NCBI RefSeq assembly: GCF_030028105.1
Contig: NC_092372.1
Coordinates: 102,056,687 to 102,120,686, forward strand
From: Mobula birostris
Lineage: Eukaryota
Direction: 5' to 3'
DNA length: 64,000 nucleotides
Shown here: one piece after another, positions 26,285-39,238 of the stretch
How positions within the stretch are numbered: the first letter of the stretch is position 1
Layout: each line of letters starts with the position of its first letter
Program-made: the position numbers and the translations under genes
Notes under the pieces: generated by a model
The model's input: only the letters and a program-made list of their open reading frames with translations
Database searches by the model: none
What the model was told of the DNA's origin: nothing

Positions 26285-27240
26285 TCCTTAATTCTTATTC
26301 ACTTTGCCTTTAATCCTGACAGGAACATACAAACCCTGCACTCTCAAAATTTCTCCTTTGAAGGCCCCCCATTAACCAAACACATCCTTGCCAGGGAACA
26401 ACCTGTCCCAATCCACGCTTTTTAGATCCTTTCTCATTTCTTCAAATTTGGCCCTTTTCCAGTTTAGAACCTCAATCCGAGGACCAGATCTATCTTTATC
26501 CATGATCAAGTTGAAAGTAATGATGTTATGATCACTGGAACCAAAGTGTTTCCCTAAACACACTTCCGTCAGTTGTCCTAACTTGTTTCCTAATAAGAGA
26601 TCTAATATTGCATCTTCTTTAGTTGATTTAGAAAGCTTTCCAGAACACATTTTACAAACTCTAACCCGTCTAGACCTTTAACAGTATGGGAGTCCCAATC
26701 AATATGTGGAAAACTAAAATCCCCTACTATCATACCTTTATGCTTCCTGCAGTTGTCTGCTATCTCTCTGCAGATTTGCTCCTCCAATTCTCGCTGACTA
26801 TTTGCTGGTCTATAATACAACCCCACTAATGTGGTCATACCTTTCCTGTTTCTCAGCTCCACCCATATGGCCTCAGTAGATAAGCCCTCTAATCTGTCCT
26901 GCCTGAGTACTGCTGTAACAATTTCCCTGACTCACCATGCCACCCCCCCCCCCCACCCTTCATTCCTCTGCCTCTATCACGTCTGAAACATCGGAACTCT
27001 GGAACATTATGCTGCCAGTCCTGCCCCTCCTGTAGCCAAGTTAGTTGCATGCTGATGACTATGTGGTAAGCCTTAAACTGTTTAAGTACAATGAAACGCA
27101 CTAATTAAATCAAAGACTAAGACCATAAAAAAATTGGTTCTGAATTTTACAGAAAAGCTGTCCGAAAAATAAATTTTAGAAGTAGTTGTGAAGTATTGCT
27201 CAACTTGTCCTGGCTAGTCTTACAAACAAATACCCAAAGA

Positions 27241-27357
27241 TACACACAGAGGCCACTTTATTAGGTACAACTGAGCACCTGCTTATTAATGCAAATATCC
27301 AATTAGCCAATCATGTGGCAGCAACTCAATACACAAAAACATGTAAACATGGTTAAG
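27241..27357 (+). mobile_element. Tc1-like element terminal fragment
   Basis: TA-CACACAGAGGCCACTTTATTAGGTAC...CCAATCATGTGGCAGCAACTCA is the reverse complement of the right end of the 46203-46707 element. Confidence 0.7.
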
Positions 27358-27527
27358 ACATGGTTAATTGTTGGATTCAGACAGCTAGCACAACTCTGAC
27401 AGTTTTAAACTAGTTTTCCAAACCAGACCTAGTAAATTTACACTGGTGACAGCACTAGTTATGTGAGACAGTTATAAAAGTTTATAAATAACTAGAGGAA
27501 CTTAATTCCAAACTTCTATGACAGTAC

Positions 27528-27706
27528 CTGAAAAATGAATGAATCTTCTGTAGAGGCAATTCCTGAATGTTGATACCACACCATACCATCATTGAGATCC
27601 TGCTGTGTAAATGAGTTTGTAACAGTGGCCATTTTCACATCAGGCAGCCTTTGCCAACCATCTGCTGGACCATCAGCTGGCATCGGCAACATAAGGATTA
27701 TATCAC
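27528..27706 (-). CDS. FRAS1: FRAS1 coding exon (179 nt, phase 1-0)
   Basis: Splice sites ccccaatag|GTGATA...TTTCAG|gtactg. Encodes (G)DIILMLPMPADGPADGWQRLPDVKMATVTNSFTQQDLNDGMVWYQHSGIASTEDSFIFQ, with the CSPG FTQxD..G.v.Y.H...DSF.F motif. Confidence 0.95.
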
Positions 27707-28021
27707 CTATTGGGGATTAAAGTTAGTATTACAGCAGAAAGTCAAGATAAAATACACTGGCGCTACTGAAAACAGAGTCAAATCAGGCAACAAATTCTAA
27801 ATTGTATGTGGTTAAAGGATCAAATTTGGATACTGGGTATAAACTTGCAACTTCTAAAAAAAAAGTCCCCTCCTCCATGAAGTGAAATATGGCTACCAAG
27901 CCAACTGGGAACAAAGAGGCCAGTATGAAATCAAAGCCAACCATTTTCTTCTTCAAATTGGCATCTATCCAACAATAAAACAGTAGAATTTATATGAAAC
28001 AAATTGCAGATGCCTCTAAAT

Positions 28022-28359
28022 CAGTGGTCCCCAACCTCCGGTCCGCGGACTGATACCGAGCCACGAAGCATGCAGGGATACAGCGGTATCCGGAACCCAC
28101 CCAACACATCTTTAAGAAAAAAGCCGAAGTAAACAAGCTAATTAATTAGGTGCTGCCCGGCATGTAAATGTCGGCCCAGATCAGAGGCAATTGCCGATTT
28201 CACTACGCAATCCTCTGATCTGGGCCAACATTTATGTACCGGGCGGCACCTAATTAATTAGCTTGGTTATTTGGGCTTTTTTCTTAGAGATGTGCTGGGT
28301 ACGTCCCAGCTACCACTGCACCCCTGCATGCTTCGTGGCCCGGAGGTTGGGGACCACTG
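28022..28359. mobile_element. hAT (Charlie-type) foldback MITE, 338 bp
   Basis: TIRs CAGTGGTCCCCAACCTCCGG / CCGGAGGTTGGGGACCACTG with an exact 8-bp TSD CTCTAAAT (28014-28021 and 28360-28367). Palindromic over nearly its whole length. Confidence 0.93.
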
Positions 28360-28862
28360 CTCTAAATCACATCATAATCGCACTCATCTTGCAACACTGC
28401 AACAGACAGGCTGATAGGCGGTTAATGGAACATATACAACAGTGGACAGTCAAAGAATACACGATTAGAAAAACATGATGCTCAAGCTGGAGTCTTTCCC
28501 AGATTAATAGATTAATCGATCAGAAGTTGCAAACTGTTAAGTAAGAGATGCATAAAAGGTCAAAGGAAAAGTTACAAAGGAGCTTCAGTCAGATCAAAGA
28601 GTAAAAAATGCAGATGCTTAAGGTCTAAAATAAAAACAGAATATGTTGCAAATAGTCAGCAGATTAGTCATTACCTATAAGGAGAAACATTTCATGATTC
28701 AGGTTGATGACCTTTCAGCAGAAATGAAGTGTTAACTCTGTTTCTCTCTCCATTGATGCTGTCTGACCTGCATTTCCAGGATCTTCCTTTTTCATTTCGG
28801 CTTCACTTAGATGATGCAAGACTGTCTGGCTTTACTTTTAAAGGAATGTTAAAGAACTAGAG

Positions 28863-31800
28863 CAATGGTTCCCAAACTTTTCCAAGTTACCGTCTCATTG
28901 GATCATCCCCAGCGCCTCCCTTCTCCCTTTCCGACCATTACATACAAACTATAAAGACCTTTGAGTTACGATGCACAATGAAAGAAAATAGGAACTGTGT
29001 GCTGCTCTCCTTGTGTGTGAAGTAGGAAGTACACAATTCAGCAGAAAGCCAAACTCCACTCACGGAAGTCGGGATACAGCGCCCATGCTCCAGGTGCTTT
29101 ATTTGGGCAGCACGCACACATAGGATTGAATATGAGTAAAACTGAGAACAATCCAGAAAAATACTGTAAGTAATTAATGCAGCAAGTGATTAAGTCACAC
29201 ATTCATAAGACAGTAGGAATCTATGAAGCAAGGCTTACACATAAAATATCCAAAAACTCTACACTAAATGGGGAAACAAAGTTTAAAATATGCATAATAA
29301 TTAAATTACCAAGATTGCTTGAACAAAATACCAATAATTGGGAATAAACTTTTCTGTAATATTAACACAAAATACTGTTCTCCTTTATGAACTGAAACAA
29401 CACTGACAATGATTTATAATGGTGCAAACAAAGGAAAGACAATGCTGAATTGTATAAAAGTGCTTCGCTCTGACTGAAAGACCCCGCCAAAACAAAATGG
29501 CTGCTCTCTTCATGTGGTCCAACTGACTTTCAAATTTAAAGGCGGCAGTGCCATCAGAGTTAAAGTCAGCACCACTATATTTCAAAGTAAAGGCCTGATA
29601 CTCCCCACCTACCATCTGTAAATATGTCACAAACAGTTAATGAAACAGGTTACAAAGTTCAGTCTTACTTTTCATTCACGGGCCTAAAAAACTTCTTGCC
29701 TGACCCTTGCTTTGCCATCTTGAGCTCTACTTTGCGAACTTTCCCGTCTTCACTTGGAAAGGATCATATTACTAATGCTATGGCCCAGTCATTTTGGGCT
29801 ACATTGTTGTCCTTGAGTAGTACAACATTATCTTCTTCAATGTTAGAGCATTTTTCTTGCCATTTGTGGCAAATTGCGGTGCCTGCAGATAATCTTATCT
29901 CCATCACCTCCAGAATTGATCCCCTAAATTCTGCACGACACCATTGCTGATTATAGAGGTCCTTTTCAGTAAAGTTTCCTGTTGGAGGTGGTGCACTGTG
30001 TTTCTGTGTGAGTAGCATTGTAGGAGGAAGAATCAAAGGTGAGTACGTGTCTGCAGAGACTGGAACAAGTAGCCTCGGTTGACCATTGCTGTTATTTCTG
30101 CCATGAAAGTGCAGAGAACCTCAAGACTCAAGCTGGAAGATCCTGTAAGAGTCAGCATCAAGTCCAAGACTTTTCTCAACGCTCCAGTCATGTGCTCCCA
30201 TGCGCCACCCATATGTGACGAGTGTGATGGATTAAAATCCCAAGTGCAGCCCTGGTCGTTGATATTTCTCAGCACCTTAGAGTCCTTCACTGCATTTCAC
30301 ACAGCTGCTGGGTCACTGGGAACCACACACTCTACACAGTGCACTGTGTTGACAGTCCCTCCATTCACTGATAATCAGATCACACAGCTGTTCTTCTACA
30401 TGTCATTTATGTCTTGATGTTGCTCAGGTTATCTTTTCATGTCTGGGACCATTTCCATTTGTCTTCGGAGATTTTCCACCATACTCTGGATTAGTCCTGT
30501 GCTTTTGCCTAGCAACTGGGCATTGGGTAGAGAAAGTGCATTTAGATCATTTTTTTCTCTGCCCAAGTCCAGTGTCGGTCATATCTACCTCACAAGATGG
30601 GTTATTCTGGGAGTACTGTTGATACGCGCTTTGCGAGAGACCATATTGAGGCTGTGAAGGAGCTTACCTTTCCCTTCAGGTTAACATGGTTTGTGCAAGG
30701 TCTGAATAGTGAAGGCCACCCATTTTCCAGAAAGTTGGTTTTAAAGGTGTGAATGTTCCCTAAACACATTTCACCAACAAGGACCCATTCTAGGATCAGC
30801 TTCTGTGTGAAGGCTGCATTACCAGGATTGTTGATATACTTCCTGACGTTGTATGCTGTGAGGATATCTCTCCCAAGCAGAAGTAGGATATGGACTTTAT
30901 CATCTAGAGGTGGGATCTGCTTGGCAAGACACTTGAAGTTGGTGTGTTAGAGAGCAGCCTCAAGAATTGGTATTTCTTTGCGAATGTCTGGAATGTCATT
31001 ACACATAATCAGCGTTGGAAGTGCAAGAGTAATGCCACCATTCCACGCTTCAATCTGATAACCTGTGCTCTTCTACCTGATCTCTCCATTACACCAGCAC
31101 AGGTCTTCAAGATGTAGAATGATGACCTGCCATGGATACAAACAGATCAAAGACCTCTGACCAGGTTAAGGATCTGTTGCTCTGATCATTGAGCATAACA
31201 CACATCTTGAAAGCATCATCTTATTATTCTTCAGCTAAGCAAATCTTGGAACAGGATTTAGTGGCTAGACTGCTGTTACAAACATCTGCGCATAAGGAGT
31301 TCACAGACAACAAAGTTTCTTCCTCTTCTTCTCCACCATGCTCTGAATGCATTCTGAAACCTTGGATGATCATGCAGGAGAACCAGGTTATACAGGCTGT
31401 AACATGACTCACATCATTGTATTCAACACACTTCAATTTGGCCTTGCAGTTATCTGCAGATATGATGACGAACAACAGCATCTGAAGCAAATACCTCCTG
31501 GTGGCCTCCTGTCATTGATATTGCCTCATCTGCAAAGATATTGGTGAGCGGAATATCTTTCACATTGAAATATTGACTCCCCTTCGTATCCGTCTTCTTA
31601 ACTGCAACTAACAACTCTTGAGTCATGCTTTAATCTTTTAAGAAGGGAACATAACCAAGAAGCAAAGATTCATTGCCTAGCAAAATTGATTCATCCGACT
31701 ACAGAGCAAATTTTGTTGTCCTAAGTATGTTGCACAACGTATCTTGCACGTTCTCAAACATTTCATCTATTTGTCCTTGAAGGAAGTTGTCACTGAGTGG

Positions 31801-32835
31801 AATTGCTTAAATTAGTTGCTCTGGTGACTAATACTCAGAACCTCCCTTACTTCTGGCAAAATCAGTTCTTCTCCAATTGTATGGGGCTTTCCAGATTCAG
31901 CAATGAGCAATGAAATGTTGTATGAAGCATGCAAACTATTACTGTTTTGTTGTGAAGTGCTGGCAAATGTGTTTTGAAGTGTTTTCTCTTTCTGAACTAT
32001 TTCAGGAAGTGACTGCAAACAAGCCATATTCTTGTTCTCTTCAAATGTTCAAGGAGCCTGGATGGTTTCATTGCCGCATTTGAAAAAAACCAACCGGTGC
32101 TTGGTGCTTGTATAAATCCATATTTCAGATTCTCTATACTTTACTGTCTATACATCTTTTTTGTTCGGTCTGCTTCTGCCCTTTTCTTAATGGATTCATG
32201 ACCATGGTCAATCACCTATCGTTTAAGTCTAACTTCAGCACTACAATCAATAAAGGAGGAAGTTATGACATCATCATAGCTCAGGCAAAATCTGATTCTC
32301 TGCCTGAAGGTACATAAAGTGGGGCAGCAATATCTCGGTTGGGCTGTGGGTAAAAAAATTGGTCGAGACCATTCAAAAGGGCAGATTCTGAACTTTAACC
32401 ATTGAATTCCATACCCTAATTCACAGGAATTGCATCACTGTGTGATTAGAGTATGGAAATTATACTAGCTAACACTGTAACAGAGTAGTGAATGATAATA
32501 ACATGTGGGCTGGGCCCGGAAATAACACGATTTCTTCTGTCCAGAGTTCTCATGATATGCCAAATACAAAGGTGTCACATTGCTTTTCAACAAATATAAT
32601 GTTTTTTCAAACAAAAGCTAAGAGAACAGTGGGTTACCAAGAGAAGAGGTGATTACGTGATCATTAGAATCAATCATGAGGCACTGAGGATCAAACACTT
32701 AAAAGTGATTCAATTCTGGAATTAAGCCTGTTATCCCTCAACTGCCACCCAACTGCCCTCTTCCTTTATCATTATCGCTCTCTCAGAAGCTTCCATCGCC
32801 CCTGGGGGCAATATCACCCACTTTGGGAACCACTG
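28863..32835 (-). mobile_element. hAT (Charlie/Buster-like) DNA transposon, about 4 kb, defective
   Basis: TIRs CAATGGTTCCCAAA / TTTGGGAACCACTG with an exact 8-bp TSD AACTAGAG (28855-28862 and 32836-32843). Transposase remnants at about 31640-32200 (LKYGF; SYNISLLIAESGKPHTIGEELILP; IPLSDN...IDEM). Confidence 0.9.
29690..31560 (-). mobile_element. BEL/Pao LTR-retrotransposon polyprotein remnants nested inside the hAT element
   Basis: Protease-like VMLNDQSNRSL and ILLLLGRDI, integrase WDFNPSHSSHMGGAWE, LLTQK, and C-terminal VLLKD...NDW...SEDGKVRKVEL. Heavily deleted; no LTRs recognised. Confidence 0.8.
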
Positions 32836-33266
32836 AACTAGAGGGCTATTAGTAAGCATGCAAAAGAACCAAGGTCTTCAAAATGATGAGGTTGCGGCGA
32901 TGAGGTAAATAAAGAAAAACGGAATCTCAGAATCTACTGGTTGGAGAATCACTGTCTAGGAATGCCCTAATAACTATTAGAAGAAGGACCAATTTTATTT
33001 CTTATTAAGGAAGCAGGAAAGTGGGATAAAAGAAAATTAATAGTTTGCAAGCAAGCTTTTCCATTCAACTAATGAGAATGCAGAGACAATTTTGTAAATT
33101 TTTCATGACACCAATCAACACCTTCCAAGAGCAGTTGACCTGAGAATATTGAGTTAACCTGTTAATCATTGATAGAATTTAAGACTCAGGTTACAATGCT
33201 CAACACAAGTGAAGAAGGGTCAAATAGAGGCATTTGAACGCATTCACACGACAAGCTATTAACTAC

Positions 33267-33429
33267 CATATTTAGGGCTTTCCTTTGCATCTACGAGATT
33301 GAAGATTATTTCTGAATCATTGGCATCTTGGTCTTCTGCCTTCAGTAGTCTGTTTGTGATCTTTAGTAATCCACCTTCAGGGACCCATCCTGGCAAGTTA
33401 TTCAGAAGTTGTGGTCCTTTGCCATTCTT
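33267..33429 (-). CDS. FRAS1: FRAS1 coding exon (163 nt, phase 0-1)
   Basis: Splice sites tactttctag|AAGAAT...AAATATG|gtagtt. Encodes KNGKGPQLLNNLPGWVPEGGLLKITNRLLKAEDQDANDSEIIFNLVDAKESPKY(G), with the WVPEGG-x-ITNR FRAS1 motif. Not in the ORF track. Confidence 0.93.
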
Positions 33430-34837
33430 CTAGAAAGTAAATTAAATTAGTTAAATTACAACACATCCAATCTGAGTGGTACACAAGGTAAATATGCTTT
33501 TGGATTCAATGGATAATAATAATTGTCATTGGTCAATTGCAAGAGTCCAATACAAAATAAGTTTGAATAGACAAATCAGTTTGATACATTTGGCATCAAG
33601 CTGGAAGTTCAAAACAAAAGATAATTATTCAGTCCACTATATTTTTGCTACAGCATTCTATCTAACTGCTTGACCCCACAAGTCTGTCTCTTCCTCTGTT
33701 TAAAAATATTATCTGAGTTTTATCCTACAAAGTATTTAATACCAACCTCCATTCTCTCTCTGCTCGGCTCTCCACCCCACAACCCAATAAACAAGGCATT
33801 CCCTCCATTCTACTTAATCACTCTCCGTATTGATTTTAAATTCGTCCACAGATTCTTGATCACTAGGAATATTTTGGTAGTATCACTTCTGTAGCAGCCT
33901 GTGAAGCTTTCCTCAGTAAATGTTAGCTCAATGTGTTGCACCCTGCCAAACATAATATTGTATTTCAGTCTCAGAAATACTCAACATCAAGAACTGGAAA
34001 TTCATCAGGGGAAAAGCCGATAAGGTGTACAGTACTTTGCTGTTGCTCATTAACAAATTACTTAACAGATTCGATTTTTAGGACACCATCTAGTCATTAA
34101 CAGTACTCAGCACAACACTGCTTAGATAAATAAATGAACAACTATTCACACACTTCAAAACAGTTACCAAATAAGTCTTCAAAATCACAAGGCTGTCCTA
34201 CACAAATCCTGAATTAAGTAGTTAGTTAAGAATCAACCTTATTTATTGATCAGAACAAAGAAGGAAGATAATAATCACCAGTCTCAATCATGAGTCAGAG
34301 TCTATCATCACTAACCCAGACAGACTTTTACTACACCAAGCAGTTTCATAACAGGTGCTGAGAATAGTTTCTTTTCATTTCCAAAATTATTCCCCAGCTG
34401 CTGCTATTGGAATTCAAACTCATGTCTCTCGATCTATGATCCTAACTTCTGACTACAAATCCATTAACTTAACCAATACCTCCTGCACAATTGGCTAACA
34501 ATCCAAGCAATCCTTCGTAAACTGTTCCAAGCTCAGAGAACATATATCTCATGTGGCAAATAAAACACAATTTATAAAGCACTTGAATCCTTCTCAATGT
34601 GCCTCTATTGAAACCACAATATCCCACAAGATGACAATCCATTGTCCTTGCTATAAGCACCTGCAGATTGGATAGGGAATAGAGTCCTGAAGGGGTCTTG
34701 CAGGATAGATGTGGAGAGGATATTTCCTCTTCCAAGAGAATTTAGAACTAGAGCCACTGCATTAAAATAGGGGGTCACTCATTTAAGAAAGGGATGAGGT
34801 GACATTTTTTTATCCCTCTGAGGGCCATGAGACACCC

Positions 34838-36066
34838 AAAGTTCAAAGTCAACTTATTATCAAGGTACATATATACAAACCTGAGATTCATTTTTGTGGG
34901 TATACTCAATAAATTCATAATGGAATAACAGCCATAACAGAATCAATGAAAGACCACACCAACCGAGCGTTCAGTGTGTGAAAGACAACAAACTATGCAA
35001 ATAAAAAAGAAAAGAGAAATAATAATAGCAAATAAATAAGCAATAAATATCGAGAGCATGAAAGGAAGAGTCCTTGAAAGTGAGTCCATGGGTTGTGGGA
35101 ACATTTCAGTGATGGGGCAAGTGAAGTTGAGTGAAGTTAACCCTGTTGGTTCAAGAGACTGATGATTGAGTGGTAATGGTTGATGGTTGAACAGTCCTGA
35201 ACCTGGTGGTGTGAGTCCTGATGCTCATGTACCTTCTTCTTGATGGCAGCAGCAAGAAGAGTGCATGAACTGAGTGGTGTGGGTCCTTGACAATTGATAC
35301 TGCTTTCCTATGACGTCACTCCATGTAGATATGCTCAATGGTGAGGAGGGTTTTACCCATGATAGACTGGCCATATCCACTACCTTTTGTAGTACTTTCT
35401 GTTCAAGGGGATTGGTGTTTCCATGCCAGACTGTGATGCAGCCAGTCAATATACACATCTTCAGCACACATCTATAGTAGTCTGTCAAAGTTTTGGATGT
35501 CATGCTGAATCTTCGCAGACTCCTAAGGAATTAGAGGCACTAGTTTGCTTTCTTCATAATATCACTTACACGCTGGGCCCAGACAGGTCCTCTGAAATGG
35601 AAACACTGGAGAATTTGAAGTTCATGACCCTCTCCACCTCTGATCCTCCGATGAAGACTGGCTCATGGATTCCTGGTTTCCTCAGCCTGAGGTCAATAAT
35701 CAGCTCCTTAGTCTTGCTGACATTGGGAGTAAGATGCTGTTTTTGTGAAACCACTCAGCCAGATTTTCAATCAGCCCCCTATATGCTGATTTGTCAGCAC
35801 CTTTGATTTGGCCCACGACAGTGGTGTCATTAGCAAACTTGAATACAGCATTGGAGCTGTGCTTAGCCACACCGTCACAAAGCCAGTAGAGCAGGGGGCT
35901 AAGCATATAGCCTTGTGGTGTACCTGTGCTGATGGAGATTGTGGAGGAGATACTGTTGATTATCTGAACTGACTGGGGTCAGCAAGTGAGGAAATTGAGG
36001 ATCCAAATGCACAAGGAGTTATTGAGGCCAAGGTCTTGTAGCTAACAGATTAATTTTTAAGGGATG
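34838..36066 (-). mobile_element. Rex-Babar-like LINE 3' portion
   Basis: LSPLLY...KFANDTTVVG, NVSKTKELIID and ILTGCITVWHGN fragments plus the 3'UTR. Confidence 0.85.
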
Positions 36067-36654
36067 ATACAGTATTATTGATTGCTGAGCAATGCATATA
36101 TTATTAAATACTGCAAACAATATTGTAGAGATGTGGTATTTAGGACAGTTACTTTCAGGAAAAATATCTCAGACATCTATTTAAATTAAATAATGGTTAT
36201 TAAATTTAATGAAGGTTATTCCCACACACAACCTTATTCTTGGTGTTGTTTTCTTTGTTTATGCAAAGAGCATCTCGGAAATCTAAGAAAGGGTGCAAGC
36301 AGCCATGTGTGAATCATTCAAAAATTGTCGTCTCTCAGACTTATACAACCAGGCACTTAATGGGCTGGATCAGCGATCGCTGATCAAAGATTCTGGTACA
36401 CTCTCGTTCTGGGGGAAAAGGGGAGTGGTACACTTACTTAATTCACTCACTCTAAAGGCCCCTGAGGTAGCTGAGGAAGGCCATGTCATCATGGCCTTAG
36501 AATAACTATATGAGTTGACAAGCAAATATTCATAAAGGACACGTGGAAAGGCTTCGAAAGCCTGTTCTGATCTCATAAACTTAACATTATCAAAGTACAT
36601 GTCCCTCTCAAAACCTGGTACACATAGACTGTCTCCTAAACATGAACTATGAAA

Positions 36655-37800
36655 ATAGCTCAGTATTTACTACCATCATTCCTGCAATCCTGATTGAGAG
36701 GTTGCAGAACCTGGGCCTCTGTACTTCCCCGTGCAATTGGATCCTTGACTTCCTAACTAGAAGACCACAATCTGTGCAGATTGGTGATAACCTCTTCGCT
36801 GACGATCAACACTGGCGCACCTCGGGGGTGTGTGCTTAGCCCACTGCTCTACTCTCTGTATATACATGACTATGTGGCTAGGCATAGCTCAAACACCATA
36901 TATAAATTTGCTGATAATACAACCATTGTTGGTAGAATCTCAGGCAGTGATGAAAGGGCGTACAGGAGTGAGATATGCCAACTCGTGGAGTGGTGCCACA
37001 GCAACAACCTGGCACTCAACGTCAGTAAGATGAAAGAGCTGACTGTGGACTTCAGGAAGGGTAAGATGAAGGAACACATAACAATCCTCATAGAGGGATC
37101 AGAAGTGGAGAGGGTGAATAGCTTCAAGTTCCTGGGTGTCAAGATCTCTGAGGGTCTAACCTAGTCCCAACGATGTAGCTATAAAGAAGGCAAGACAGCA
37201 GCTATACCTCATATGTTGTTTGAAGAGATTTGGCATGTTAACAAATACACTCAAAAACTTCTACAATTGTACTGTATTCTGTCTGGCATTGAGGGGCTAC
37301 TACACAGGACCAAAAGAAGCTGTACAAGGTTGTAAATCTAGTCAGTACCATCTTGGGTACTAGCCTACAAAGTACCCAGGACATCCTTCAGAAACACTAA
37401 AGGCATCGTCCATTATTAAGGACCTCCAGCACCCAGGGCATGCCCTTTTCTCACTTTTACCATCAGGTAGGAGGTACAAAAGCCTGAAGGCACACACTCA
37501 GCAATTCAGGAAAGCTTCTTCCCCTCTGCCATCTGATTCCTAAATGGACATTGAACCCTTTAACACTACCTCACTTTTTTTTAATATACAGTATTTCTGT
37601 TTTTTGCACATTTTTAATCTATTCAATATACATATACTGTAATTGATTTACTTATTTATTTATTTATTAATTATTCTATTATTTTTATTTTATTTATTTA
37701 TCTTTTCTCTCTTCTAAACTGCTGCTGCTAAGTTAACAAATTTAGTTTAACAAATTTCATGTTACGTGCCGGTGATAATAAACCTGATTCTGATTCTGAA
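36655..37800 (+). mobile_element. Rex-Babar-like LINE 3' portion
   Basis: [18 protein letters not shown]...KFADNTTIVG...LNVSKMKELTVDFRK. Tail aataaacctgattctgattctga. Confidence 0.88.
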
Positions 37801-37915
37801 TCAACCCAAAGTGAAGGCAAGCTCCTTAATTCCTAAATATTTCTAATGTGCCAACAGCGTGTTGATCAGAACAACTATGGTAGTTACTCCTGGATAGTAG
37901 AACTCCAAGTACATG

Positions 37916-39238
37916 CCTCAGTGTAGACGGTGCCCTTCCACCACATTCCCTCAGTCTAGACGGTGCCCTTCCACCACGTTCCCTCAGTGTAGACTGTGCA
38001 CTTCCACCACGTTCCCTCAGTGTAGACGGTGCACTTCCACCACGTTCCCCCAGTGTACACTGTGCACATACACCACGTTCCCTCAGTGTAGACTGTGCCC
38101 TTCCACCACGTTCCCCCAGTGTAGACTGTGCCCTTCCACCACGTTCCCTCAGTGTAGACGGTGCCCTTCCACCACGTTCCCTCAGTGTAGACTGTGCACT
38201 TCCACCACGTTCCCCTCAGTGTAGACGGTGCCCTTCCACCATGTTCCCTCAGTGTAGACTGTGCCCTTCCACCACGTTCCCTCAGTGTAGACTGTGCCCT
38301 TCCACCACGTTCCCTCAGTTTAGACGGTGCACTTCCACCACGTTCCCTCAGTGTAGACTGTGCCCTTCCACCACGTTCCCTCAGTGTAGACGGTGCCCTT
38401 CCACCACATTCCCTCAGTCTAGACGGTGCCCTTCCACCACGTTCCCTCAGTGTAGACTGTGCACTTCCACCACGTTCCCTCAGTGTAGACGGTGCACTTC
38501 CACCACGTTCCCCCAGTGTACACTGTGCACATACACCACGTTCCCTCAGTGTAGACTGTGCCCTTCCACCACGTTCCCCCAGTGTAGACTGTGCCCTTCC
38601 ACCACGTTCCCTCAGTGTAGACGGTGCCCTTCCACCACGTTCCCTCAGTGTAGACTGTGCACTTCCACCACGTTCCCCTCAGTGTAGACGGTGCCCTTCC
38701 ACCATGTTCCCTCAGTGTAGACTGTGCCCTTCCACCACGTTCCCTCAGTGTAGACTGTGCCCTTCCACCACGTTCCCTCAGTTTAGACGGTGCACTTCCA
38801 CCACGTTCCCTCAGTGTAGACTGTGCCCTTCCACCACGTTCCCTCAGTGTAGACGGTGCACTTCTACCACGTTCCCTCAGTTTAGACGGTGCACTTCCAC
38901 CACGTTCCCTCAGTGTAGACGGTGCACTTCCACCACGTTCCCTCAGTGTAGACGGTGCCCTTCCACCACGTTCCCTCAGTGTAGACTGCGCCCTTCCACC
39001 ACGTTCCCCCAGTTTAGACTGCGCCCTTCCACCACGTTCCCCCAGTGTAGACTGTGCCCTTCCACCACGTTCCCTCAGTGTAGACGGTGCACTTCCACCA
39101 CGTTCCCCCAGTGTACACTGTGCACTTCCACCACGTTCCCTCAGTGTAGACGGTGCCCTTCCACCACGTTCCCTCACTGTAGACGGTGCCCTTCCACCAC
39201 GTTCTCTCAGTGTAGATGGTGCACTTCCACCACATTCC
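37916..39238. repeat. 33-bp minisatellite (about 40 units) with 463-bp higher-order duplication
   Basis: Unit CCTCAGTGTAGAC(G/T)GTGC(C/A)CTTCCACCACGTTC. The variant pattern repeats at a 463-bp offset (ORF ends 38224/38687, ORF starts 38194/38657). Confidence 0.95.

Larger units (their letters stand above)
22085..27050 (-). mobile_element. CR1 LINE (ORF2, 5'-truncated, decayed) split by a Penelope-like insertion
   Basis: Minus-strand fragments include GLYYRPANS, IVGDF, GSSDHN, DKSPGPD, NYRPVNLT, YMDFSKAYDKVPH, GVPQGSVLGP, KFADD and RPNLEYCVQFWSP. The 3' tail is at about 22085-22100. Confidence 0.92.
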
